From the NCBI GenBank assembly GCA_950097015.1, contig CATNEN010000008.1:3906001-3970000 (forward strand): a stretch of 64,000 nt of DNA, written 5' to 3'. This DNA comes from Macrostomum hystrix (lineage: Eukaryota > Animalia > Platyhelminthes). The notes under the pieces are model-generated. The model saw only the letters and a program-made list of their open reading frames with translations. It was not told the DNA's origin and ran no database searches. Below are positions 1-12,300 of the stretch, in pieces. The first letter of the stretch is position 1, and each line of letters starts with the position of its first letter. A program made the translations under genes and the position numbers.

Positions 1-3000
1 CCACCCATGCCCAGCTTGTGTTCCAGGTAGGCAGTGCGTAGGTAACAGGCGGCAAGCTCCGAGTGCAGGGCTGACTCGGCGGCTTCGGGAAGCGGACGGT
101 GCGGTCGTAGCGAAGCTTGAGCTCAGCGTGCTGTCCGGGGCTGACTAGAATCGAGTCGGAGCGGCGCGGGTACTGGCCAGCGGGAACCACAGCTACCTGA
201 TTATTAGTTTCAGATGATCAAAACTATACGAGCTACTCAATTCATCATGTTCTGTTTGTGTTTAATTATGCTATACCGATACAACTAATTAGCTTTCTGA
301 TATTTTCTAGTGCAGCTGAAAACCATTGCGACAATGCAGAGTAATGAGTCGATGTTTTGCTATTTGAGCGACCTTCCAAGCCAAAGTGAAACTCAATCCC
401 GTTAAGTCTCCTTACTCTCAATGCGCTCATGGTGTCGTCTGAATCCAGCAGCCCTGACGTGAGCACAGCTGCCGTCTTGCTCAGGTTGGCGAACTGCCTT
501 CCAAGCGTGTCCGTGTCATCGGTGAAGTAGCTGAAGGTCAGGCGGGATTCCGTCGCCTTGTTAGTTGTAAACAGCTCTGCGAAGCCGGAGGTGTTGAAGC
601 GATGGCAGGGTCCCAGCTGCGGATGCAGCACAGTCTGGAAGTTGAGCAGGGAGCAGGGGTGACCTGCAAAGCTGCAGTCGGTCAATCCGATGCCCAGGCT
701 ACTGCCGAAACGCGTAGCAAGCTGATCGGCACCGACCCTTTCGCGTATCACGCTTGTAACTGCACGAATTTTTGTGTCTGCAAGATGCAAAAGTTTCATC
801 CTTTGAAATTTCGAAACTGAAGGCAGAAATGGACGAAACAATATAAGACGGTTCGAGACGAGGCGAGGCGAGACGAGACGAAATAAGACTGACAAGACGA
901 GACGAAACGAGACGAGACGAAACGAGACGAGATGAGATGAGAGGAGACGAGACGAGATGAGACGAAATAAGATGATACGAAACGAGACGAGATGAGATGA
1001 GATGAGACGAGACGAAACGAGACGAGATGAGATGAGATGAGACGAGACGAGACGAGATGAAACGAAATAAGATGAGACGAGACGAGACGAAATAAGACTG
1101 ACAAGACGAAACGAAACGAGAAGAGACGAACCGAGATGAGAGGAGACGAGACGAGATGAGATGAGAGGAGACGAGACGAGATGAGATGAGAGGAGACGAG
1201 ACGAGATGAGATGAGAGGAGACGAGACGAGATGAGATGAGAGGAGACGAGACGAAATAAGATGAGAGGAGACGAGACGAAACGAGACGAGACGAAACGAG
1301 ACGAGATGAGATGAGACGAGACGAGATGAAATAAGACGAGACGAAACGAGACGAGACGAGATGAGACGAGACGAAACGAAACGAGACGAGATGAGATGAG
1401 ATGAGATGAGACGAGACGATGTAAGATGAGACGAGATGAGCAGAGACATGACAAACGTAAAGATTTTTAGCGCTTTTATACTTAATAGTTTAAGAAATTA
1501 ATAAAAAAATTAATACTTTTATAATCCAGATAAGTCATAGCCCAGGCAAGTCGAATGTGGGTTGAAAAACTTGAACTCACGGCAGGTGTCCATATTGCAG
1601 GTGTTGAAGTCGACAATGTCACCAATACGATAGGCGCACACAGGCCACACAGAGTCGATCATTGTTATGCGCCTAAAATGTTAGAAATCGATTGAGTTTC
1701 GGATGTAACTAGCTGTCAATCGCAGGCATGTATCAGGTAGCACAGCTGGCTGTTGCAGTTACCGGGCCACGAGACTGTTATCAGGCAATAAATACACGTA
1801 GTTGAGCACGACTCTGGCTGGTCTGCAGTAGGAATGGTTCAGCTCCATGTCTGATGTTTCGATGCTGACGTTCATAATTCTGCCTACAATTTAGGTTGCG
1901 GTATACATGGGTGCAATATTGATGCACAATGGCTGGCCTTTTCTATCAGCTACTCACTCATCAGCGCATCCGGATGGACTGGGTATTCCATGCTTCCGGA
2001 CTCCAAGCCGGTTTTGAGTTCAGCCCAGTTCAAGCAGGGCTGCTGGCGCCGGGAGACTCGCTGATAGCCGGTGTACCGCTGCAGCTGCTGGTTGCTGAAC
2101 ACACCGCCGACGTCCGCGTTCAGGCAGTCGTATTTTTGCGACATAGCTGCGAGACATGATGGCAAAGTGCATCGGTGATAACAGCGTGAGGTGTGATAGC
2201 AACGAACACGCGTTGTCTACTACTCACGACAGTAGGGCACGTTGCAGTAGGTGGCCGCAAGCCCGCCTCCTTCAGTTCGATAGAAGCAGTAGGGACCTTG
2301 GCTGAAGCTGCTGACAGACGTCCTATAGGGCAGATACAGCAGCTTTGGGGCTAAAATGCACAGTGAAATTCCATTGAATAGGTCTGGTGCATTTTGAATT
2401 TGCTTCGAGACAAATTTCTAGAGCCCTGGAAGCAAAAGTTTGGGTTGTGATATACGAGGTAAATGTGGCCTCGCCGCGTTATCGACCTCAGGAGACAGGT
2501 GCTAACCGTTCTGCCACTCACCCCCTAAGGATCTGGAAGCAAAGCTGGTCTATATGAATTCCCCGCTTAAATGCCAAAGTACGCAGAAAAAAACACTTCA
2601 AATCTCACCGGAATTCGATATTCGAAAGACATTGATAAGCCCATTGGTTGCCGAGCCGCACACCTGCGAGTAGTTGCCTGGACAGCTAGTCCAGCAGCCT
2701 GTCACCGGGCTGGCCCAGGCGCCTCCACGCGAGCAGTAGCAACGGTTGTCAACGAGGCCCATATGGCTAAAGTCCCGCCCGTAGCAACAGTGGGCGCAAA
2801 CTTCGTAGGTCAAGTCGAACAGCTGGTCCTCCAGGCAGAGCTCGGTGAAGTTGGCACCGCTGGCGTTGATTATTGGTAGGCAACCGACGGGATCGAGGAT
2901 CGGACCTGCGGAGTTTGAATAGACACTAGAGTTTGAGATGCTTCAAAAAACTAATCTCTACAGCTGGAGGCCAAGATGCAACAATGACAATCAAAACTTC

Positions 3001-4364
3001 TTGTTCAGAAACGCAAGTACGTTGCACTCATAAATTAACGACTCCAATCGATCACAATCATTGTTGCGTTACATCGACTACGAATAGTGTTACCTCAAGC
3101 CGACTACAATACAAGGTGCATCAAGCCTGCGAATTAAAACGCTGAGAAAGTACACGTCCGTCAGCAAAAAACTCACGGCTGGCGATATCATAGAAGTCGG
3201 TCAGAGGCAGGCCAGGCGGCTGCCGGCAGCTTCTCTCGCTGTCTGCGTAGCGAGCTTTGAAAATCATTGCTGCCAGATCGTTCAGGCCGGCAGCCTGCAG
3301 CTCAATGGCGGCGTCATTCCAGCCGATGCAGTCGCTGAAGGTCACGTAGGGCTTCAACTCGAAGGCTGACTGGACTTCGCCTGAGTAGAGCGACACAACA
3401 GAGAGGCTGCCGGAGTACTCCTCACCAGACAGGCTCCTGCGGCACTTTGAAGTATCTTGAGGAAAACAGATGTTCGGAATAATTGCAACAGAACAGATTG
3501 CCTAACAGTAGAAAGAACACGAGGGGTGTTTCAAATACCCACCTATTTTTCTGCATCTCCCAAATTACTCAACGAATCGCCATGAAAATGCAGAACACGA
3601 GCTACAATTTTCCGCTGTATCCGATGCAACATTCCCATAATCACAAAACATTGCCATCGTCGAGAAATTCAATGATTATCGTCAGGGTGTCTGGTGGCCA
3701 AAAACAACCAATAAAGCCATAATTTTTCTGCTCAGAAAATTTCCTCATGTAACTATGTGAGCTATTATTGTTGATCATAAAATATTTGAATATATATTTC
3801 TTCTCAGACAACTCAATTAACTCAAGAATGCTCACCTTGGCCCATGTACTGCAGCACGGCACTGATGTTGGCCTCAACAGCTGACATCACATGGCCGAGG
3901 GCGACAGCGGTGTCCGCCAGCTGCTGCGGCATGGCCTCGAACAGGTCGGTGCGCTCAGTCACAATGCTGAACCTGAGCTGGTCCGTCTTACATTTGGTAT
4001 TGCATCTTTTATTGTTAATCACCGAGTTGCTGCTTATTCCAGTAGTCAAGCGGCTCATTGTCACCAGATCCGTGGGACAAAAGTACACGTCGGGAAACTC
4101 GAACGGCAGCGAGGTTGACAGGCTGGTTGAGAGCGGCACACTCACGAACTGCAGGCCCAGAGTGTACATGTGGTAGGTGAAGCCACCGTAGGTGCCGAGC
4201 AGGAAGCACAGCCACAGGGCCCTTCCAAAGGGGGTGGCTTGCGCGCCGAACCTGCCCAGTCCGTGGGCGGTGGTGTATTCGCAGAACTGTGCCAGAAGGA
4301 CCCGACCACCAGCCGCTCTGCGTGGTTCCTTTTCGCCTTGGTCTGTCAGCGATTCTTGATTCAT
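1..4364 (-). CDS. DEG/ENaC (amiloride-sensitive channel family) subunit with a kringle(WSC)-kringle insertion in the finger region; 3' end lies beyond the window start
   Basis: Exons (-): 4364-3836, 3455-3177, 2905-2609, 2350-2228, 2146-1958, 1883-1763, 1672-1581, 816-416, 196-<1. All introns are GT-AG and the phases join in frame. Family motifs: pre-TM1 HG motif (FCEYTTAHGLGR), TM1 (RALWLCFLLGTYGGFTYHMY), FPDVYFC (FPAVTxC-like), DCSFAGHPC...HPQLGPCHRFN, LRVAVVP...ILVSPG...RFPKPPSQPC. Confidence 0.88.
855..1448. repeat. (GAGAC/GAGAT)n pentamer microsatellite in a DEG/ENaC intron
   Basis: Direct reading; it produces the spurious SSRLV/LISSH ORFs. Confidence 0.95.
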
Positions 4365-4859
4365 TTTTTCCTGCTGATTTTTTTTAGCCTCTGTGCGTTT
4401 TCCTTTTTATTTAAATATACGGCTTTGCTGGGGTCAATGCTGGGAGGACAGTAGATGCTGGCACTGGGAAAAACTGGCCAAATAATGATTAAGCTGAGGC
4501 TATGATGCGGGAAGTCAAGAGAGGCGACTCAATTTATCTCATTACTCATACCTGACACAAGCAGCGGCGGCAAAGTCATATGATGAGCAGCGGATAAGGC
4601 ATTTCAGTGACATAAATTTATGTCAGAATCCACATTCATGCGCTCCCAGGTTACTTATCAATTTATATTTTACTCAGGATGAAAAAAGCCGCAATTAGCA
4701 AACAGAGCTGCGTTGTGATAGCGCTCTGTTCTGTCAACCACGGACAGAACACGGACTGTTCTGTTCTTTTCTGTTCTTTCCTGTCATGTTCTGTTCAGTT
4801 TTTTTGTCTGAATTAATAGTTAATTTTATAATTAATAATAATAATAATAATATTTGATT

Positions 4860-5135
4860 ACACCTGCCCAAATTGGGTCAGATTTGCAGCCGACAGCACA
4901 GCCGCAGCTAATGCGCGGCGCATCTGATGGCTGCGTTCAGTCCATGGACTGGGGGGACGCCACACCCACCTTCAATTATCACAGCTAATGCTGGTACCCA
5001 TTTAACAGCGGGGTGAACTGAAGCAATTGAGAGTTGAGTGTCTTGCTAAAGGACACAAATTGTTCCAATGGAGTCGGGAATAGAATCCCCGACCTTAAAG
5101 TTGTGAGTCCGACGCCCTAACCACTAGGCTACAAC
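4860..5135 (-). mobile_element. tRNA-derived SINE, family A
   Basis: Minus-strand head GGTTGTAGCCTAGTGGTTAG (A box) with a B-box-like GATTCTATTCC, then a CORE/Meta-like TGTGTCCTTTAGCAAGACACTCAACTC...AAATGGGTACC segment and an (ATT)n tail. Near-identical copies occur elsewhere in the window. Confidence 0.8.
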
Positions 5136-5641
5136 CTTCTTTGTCTACATTGTCTACGTTGTCTAGGCTACAACCTACAACCTCGTCTTTCTTGTCAAGA
5201 ACGCGGTCCAACATAGTGTAATAACACAAACAAGCACAGTTAGTGCATAAAACAATAGACCTTCTGGCACCAGAAAACATATTATTCTTAGTCCTATTTT
5301 GCTCGTAGTGTCTAGCAGACTAATTTGATCAAAAAAAATTGCCTACCACGTTTCATGACCAGCGCACTACTTTACTAGCAGCCAATGCTGCAATACTTGT
5401 ACTTTACCCTATTCTATACGTCTTCTATATAACACAATCTACCGCCTGCAGGCACTAGAGCTAGTTAAGGCTCTGATTATAAATAACAGTATAAATAATA
5501 TTTTGCTTTACCTTGTAATAAGCGTTTTCTACTTGTTGCTATTGCCCGATGTTCAGTAGTACAGTTAGCGTATTTTGTACATTAAAAAAATAAAAAAACT
5601 GCTTTTATTTAAAATTCTTTCAAATAGCTCAGATTGGTTAA

Positions 5642-5885
5642 CTAAGTCAGTTCCTTCAGTTATGACCATAGACAGTATAGACTAGATCGGTTGAGAAAGT
5701 CAGTTCCTTCAGTTATGACCATAGACAGTATAGCTCAGATCGGTTGATTAAGTCAGTTCCTTCAGTTATGACCATAGACAGTATAGACTAGATCGTTTGA
5801 GAAAGTCAGTTCCTACAGTTGTAGCCATAGACAGTATAGCTGCGATCGGAGAGAGAGTCAGTAGCTCTAGCTTGCCCATAGACAG
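5642..5885. repeat. About 55-bp tandem repeat (about 4.5 copies)
   Basis: Unit agtcagttccttcagttatgaccatagacagtatag(a/c)...gatcggttga. Confidence 0.85.
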
Positions 5886-6835
5886 CGGCTGAAATAGGAA
5901 ATTGGCACACAAGGTGCAAGCATAGAATGCTTGAATTTTTGTTATCCTAGACCTAAATATTAAATGTGGATTTTTTTTTCATATCATTCGCAGAATTTTG
6001 TCTTTTCAACTTTTCACTCAGTATCTGCACCTCGCGGAGCATTCAAACGAACCTGATTTGTTGCACAATCTCTGATTTAGGCTTGCTTTTAAAAAGAATA
6101 ATAATATTCTATTATTCTGAGAAAAAATGGTAGATTGTGATCTAAAATGGAAAGCTTTTTATTTAGACTCGCATCTAACTTGTTTGGTGATAAAATCGGC
6201 AGATATGCTATTGGTCACACTGATTTCAATCCAATATTTTTTTAGTTTCATTTTCATTTGGCGCAGCTACCCCAGTAGAGTTTCAGAATCTTTGATAACG
6301 AATATTGAAATGGTTTCACACCGGCAAGTCTTGTTACAACTGGCTCTGCGGCATGCCATTAGGAAAAGGAAAGCTTGGGGAGTTTTTTGATGCAACAGCA
6401 AAGATAAACTAAATCCCCCTCTGGGAAGCGAACACGGGATTCTCGTATTCATCTTAGCGCTGAGAAAAAATGAGAGAAAATTTAGAAGATTGACGTCTTG
6501 GTGGGCTGCTGCTGCTGCTGCTGCTGCATAGATGACGACTGTTCCAACATTTCCTACCTGGTAGTTGCCCCGCTGTGAGTTACTTCCAACGAGAACCGAA
6601 CTGCCCCCGCTGTGTACGGGCCAGTTGCGAGAGGCGGACAGGACCGAGAGGGGAAAAGCTCTTTAGTTTAGAAATGCGGATGGCACAACTGAAGTCAGAA
6701 TGAAGGCCCAGCTTCAAAGGCTTTCGATTCGACGACATATTTTAGAAGACCGTTTTTTCAATGCCTCCTCCCTCCCTCTCTGGTTATCACAGCCGCCTGT
6801 CAATAAAAATTAGTGTCCATTTCGATTCTGTACAG

Positions 6836-7514
<679 letters not shown>

Positions 7515-8039
7515 TTTTTAGCGTTCTCTTCGGTAGAATTGTCTGCGCAGGTATCTAGAAGGCCATTTAAACAGAGAGTTTTCATAGGCCGAATCACAGC
7601 AGAAGTCATGCCTGTTTTCTGTGCTGTCAATCTGCCGGACCCGGAGAGGTGAAGGGGAGGTCCGCGGTTCGCGCAGTTGTTTGTTAAACACCGAGGCCGG
7701 GGGTGTCCATCATCAGCGGGGGTCGTTCCACCTCCAGATGAAGCTGGGGCGGGGAATGAGGAAATTTATCCCCCTCGGAATCCTAGAAATGCTGCCGAAT
7801 TCCGACCCGTGGCCAGAACAGAACTTATAGCGAAGTTATTATTTTTTCGTCGGCTAGTGATTGACAGGTTTTTTGGGATAACTATTTCTGATGCGGTGGA
7901 TGGATCTCGAATCTTCCCAAAAAAGCATCCCTCCTTACCCAAAATGTGCTTCCCACTGTACAGCAGGCAGTGGGTGTGTTGGGATCTGTGTTTATTTTTT
8001 AACAAAAGCCAGTGCATTCGACCAAACCATCGTACGAGT

Positions 8040-8580
8040 AGATGGTCTCTGCAATGTCTAGATCTGTCTCCATAGTGTCTAGATCTGCCTCCATAGTGTC
8101 TAGATCTGTCTGACAATGTCTATAGATGTGTCTCTACAATGTCTATATCTGTCTCTAGATTGTCTAGATCTCTCCATAAAATGTCTATATCTGTCTCTAC
8201 AATTTCAATATCTGTCTCTACAATGTCTATATCTGTATTTTAATTGTCTAGATCTGTCTCACAATGTCTATAGATGTGACTCTACAGTGTCTAGATGTGA
8301 CTCTACAGTGTCTAGATGTGTCTCTACAGTGTCTAGATGTGTCTCTACAGTGTCTAGATGTGTCTCTACAGTGTCTAGATGTGACTCTACAGTGTCTAGA
8401 TGTGTCTCTACAGTGTCTAGATGTGTCTCTACAGTGTCTAGATGTGTCTCTACAGTGTCTAGATGTGTCTCTACAGTGTCTAGATGTGTCTCTACAATGT
8501 CTAGATGTGTCTCTACAGTGTCTAGATGTGTCTCTACAGTGTCTAGATGTGTCTCTACAATGTCTAGATCTGTCTGCAAT
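8040..8580. repeat. 21-bp minisatellite
   Basis: Unit ctacagtgtctagatgtgtct. Confidence 0.9.
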
Positions 8581-9394
8581 GTCCCGGTCTCTGTGTAGAA
8601 ACTAAATATAGTTTAGTTTAGATCCGGGTTACAACTTTGAGTGTTCAACTTTGAGATAATAAAACATGTGTCTGTAGACTGGAAAATGAATAAAGAATAA
8701 AGCTAGCCAATGTTGTCAAAATTCGCTTACTATAACAAATTACAATTATTCTAATTCTGTAAGTAGAAAAGTTTACATATTAAAAAATGTAATTGAAAAA
8801 GAATTTAGGTTTTTTTCTACACAGTCAATGCCGCTTTATGGGAAATCAAAATATGGAAATCCTGGTTTAAGAAAGTCAGCCAAGCCGCTCATAGAAACTG
8901 GAAAGTATAAGTCAGCATAAATTGATCAAATAGTTTTCAAATTGAATATCATAAATAATATGAACAGAAATTTGTCCTGAACATTTTCAAGAGCTGCGAA
9001 ATTATTCATGTCTAACGCAAATCAAGATTGGGAACAAAGCACAAAGTATGCTAGCTTGAAAATAGTTAAATAATTGCACCGATGTCTATGGCGAAAATCG
9101 AATTTTAGGTTTTCATTTACATTTCCGGATTTTAGTCCATTGTCTAGTCCTGGCAAAAAATCTAACGTTATGGCTAAAGCAGTATTCAGTTATGGCCATA
9201 GACAGTAGCTGAGGACGGAGAAGGAGTCAGTTCCATCAGTTTTGACCATAGACAGTAACTGATAAAGGAAAAGGAGTCAATTTCTTCAGTTATGACCATA
9301 GACAGTAGCCAGGATCGGAGAGGGAGTCTGTCTGTTGTTATTTCTATCATAGACAGTTCACATATTTTGGGGCGATTAAAAGGCTCTGTGACAA

Positions 9395-12300
9395 TTAAAA
9401 TGCGCCGAACAAACTCGCTGGTGGCAGTGCTGGCATCGGAGCTCTTTGCTGCTTGCTGTTGCCACCAGATGATGTCTTCGCTGCTGCAGCAGCCGCCGCC
9501 GCTGCCGCCGCAGCCGCAGCAGCCGCCGCCGCCGCAGCAGCAGCCTTGACATACGGACTGCGCGACCAGTCGCCGACAACGTTGGCAGGCGATATCGTCG
9601 GAGGCGAAACAATGTCCCCTTTCAGCTGCTGCTGCTGCTGCTGCAGCGACTGCTGATCTCGACTGTCGCCGCTGACACTGACATCTTCGACGCCGTCTAC
9701 CTCGTCTGCTTGGCCACCGGCCTCGTGCAATCGCATGTGCTTTCGCAGAGAGCTCGGGTGAGTGTAGGACTTGTCGCAGCCGCCAACTCGACAGTTGTAA
9801 GGCTTCTCGCTCAGGTGTACGTGCGTGTGCTTCTTGCGGTCCGAGCTGTTCGCAAATCGACGATCGCAGCCAGCGAACTCGCATCTGAACGGCTTCTCGC
9901 CTGCCAGTTGGTTTAGAGGTCTGGCTGAGTTGGGATCTCTGCTGCACTGATGACTGTGAGATTAGACTGAGAAAGATTGTGAGATTAGACTGAGAAAGAT
10001 TGTGAGATTAGACTGAGAAAGATTGTGAGATTAGACTGGAATAGACTGTGAGATTAGATTGGAATAGACTATGAGATTAGATTGGAATAGACTGTGAGAT
10101 TAGACTGAGAAAGACTGTGAGATTAGACTGGAATAGACTGTGAGATTAGACTGAGAAAGACTGTGAGATCAGATTGGAATAGACTGTGAGATCAGATTGG
10201 AATAGACTGTGAGATTAGATTGGAGTAGAATGTGAGATTAGATTGGAATAGACTGTGAGATTAGATTGGAATAGACTGTGAGATTAGATTGGAATAGACT
10301 GTGAGATTAGATTGGAATAGACTGTGAGATTAGATTGGAATAGAATATGAGATTAGACTCTGGGAAAGACTTTGAGATTAGACTGGAATAGACTGTGAGA
10401 TTAGATTGGAATAGACTGTGAGATTAGATTGGAATAGACTGTGAGATTAGATTGGAATAGACTGTGAGATTAGACTGGAATAGACTGTGAGATTAGATTG
10501 GAATAGACTGTGAGATTAGACTGAGAAAGATTGTGAGATTAGATTGGAATAGACTGTGAGATTAGATTGGAATAGACTGTGAGATTAGATTGGAGTAGAA
10601 TGTGAGATTAGATTGGAATAGAATATGAGATTAGACTCTGGGAAAGACTTTGAGATTAGACTGGAATAGACTGTGAGATTAGACTGGAATAGACTGTGAG
10701 ATTAGATTGGAATAGACTGTGAGATTAGACTTGGAAAGACTGTGAGATTAGACTCTCCGAAAGACTTTGAGATTAGACTGAATGATCACTGTGCAAGGTA
10801 GCAATGACCCACTGAAGCAATACTATTTAAATAGTATCAAAAAGAGTGATCTAGTATATTTTCGGATGGGGATTGTACCAAAACTAATTCCAATATTTCA
10901 TTAACTAGCAGGCCAAGACTTCCTAGACTCAAGAGAGTTATTGCAACCCTGGCAAAAACAGGGTCGGGTTGCGCAACAACTCAGAAGAGATTTTGAAAAC
11001 TCTATAGAGAAATCTGAGCGGAATGGAGTCTGCGATTGCGGTGTCTGTTGTGCAACTTCGTCAAATCCGGATTCTCGTCCTGATCTCCCCACCCCAACTG
11101 CCACTTTGGAGAGCAATTTTCACATTCTGCCCCTCCAAAGAGGTTCAGTTTACGACCCCAATATTAACTTTTGCTGCCTAACACGAGAAACCTTCAGATT
11201 TCAATATTAACCAAATATTAACTACGTGAACCACTTGTCACTTTTCTTAATTTTGTTAGTCTTATAACATCCTTTGATATTCTGACAAGACATGATCAAC
11301 ACAGTGGGTCATTGCTACCTTCCACAATGATCCTCCTTCAGTGGGTCATTGCTACCTTCCTCAATGATGCTTCAGTGGGTCATTGCTACCTTCCTCAATG
11401 ATCCTTCAGTGGGTCATTGCTACCTTCCTCAATGATGCTTCAGTGGGTCATTGCTACCTTCCTCAATGATCCTCCTTCAGTGGGTCATTGCTACCTTCCA
11501 CAATGATCCTCCTTCAGTGGGTCATTGCTACCTTCCTCAATGATCCTTCAGTGGGTCATTGCTACCTTCCTCAATGATGCTTTAGTGGGTCATTGCTACC
11601 TTCCTCAATGATGCTTCAGTGGGTCATTGCTACCTTCCTCAATGATCCTCCTTCAGTGGGTCATTGCTACCTTCCACAATGATCCTCCTTCAGTGGGTCA
11701 TTGCTACCTTCCTCAATGATCCTTCAGTGGGTCATTGCTACCTTCCTCAATGATGCTTTAGTGGGTCATTGCTACCTTCCTCAATGATGCTTTAGTGGGT
11801 CATTGCTACCTTCCTCAATGATGCTTCAATGGGTCATTGCTACCTTCCTCAATGATGCTTCAGTGGGTCATTGCTACCTTCCTCAATGATCCTTCAGTGG
11901 GTCATTGCTACCTTCCACAATGATCCTCCTTCAGTGGGTCATTGCTACCTTCCTCAATGATGCTTCAGTGGGTCATTGCTACCTTCCTCAATGATCCTTC
12001 AGTGGGTCATTGCTACCTTCCACAATGATCCTCCTTCAGTGGGTCATTGCTACCTTCCTCAATGATCCTTCAGTGGGTCATTGCTACCTTCCTCAATGAT
12101 GCTTTAGTGGGTCATTGCTACCTTCCTCAATGATGCTTCAGTGGGTCATTGCTACCTTCCTCAATGATGCTTCAATGGGTCATTGCTACCTTCCTCAATG
12201 ATGCTTCAGTGGGTCATTGCTACCTTCCTCAATGATCCTTCAGTGGGTCATTGCTACCTTCCACAATGATCCTCCTTCAGTGGGTCATTGCTACCTTCCT

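Noticed and set aside
699-1454. SSRLV/LISSH-rich ORFs, and similar ORFs at 6761-7652, 8116-8605, 22113-23183, 23380-23835, 42026-42577 and 58612-59047
   Set aside because: Translations of micro- and minisatellites in introns or intergenic DNA.
3093-3126. Possible extra DEG/ENaC micro-exon (LDAPCIVVGL)
   Set aside because: Its phase is incompatible with the phase-1 donor at 3177; exon 2 joins the WSC exon in frame without it.
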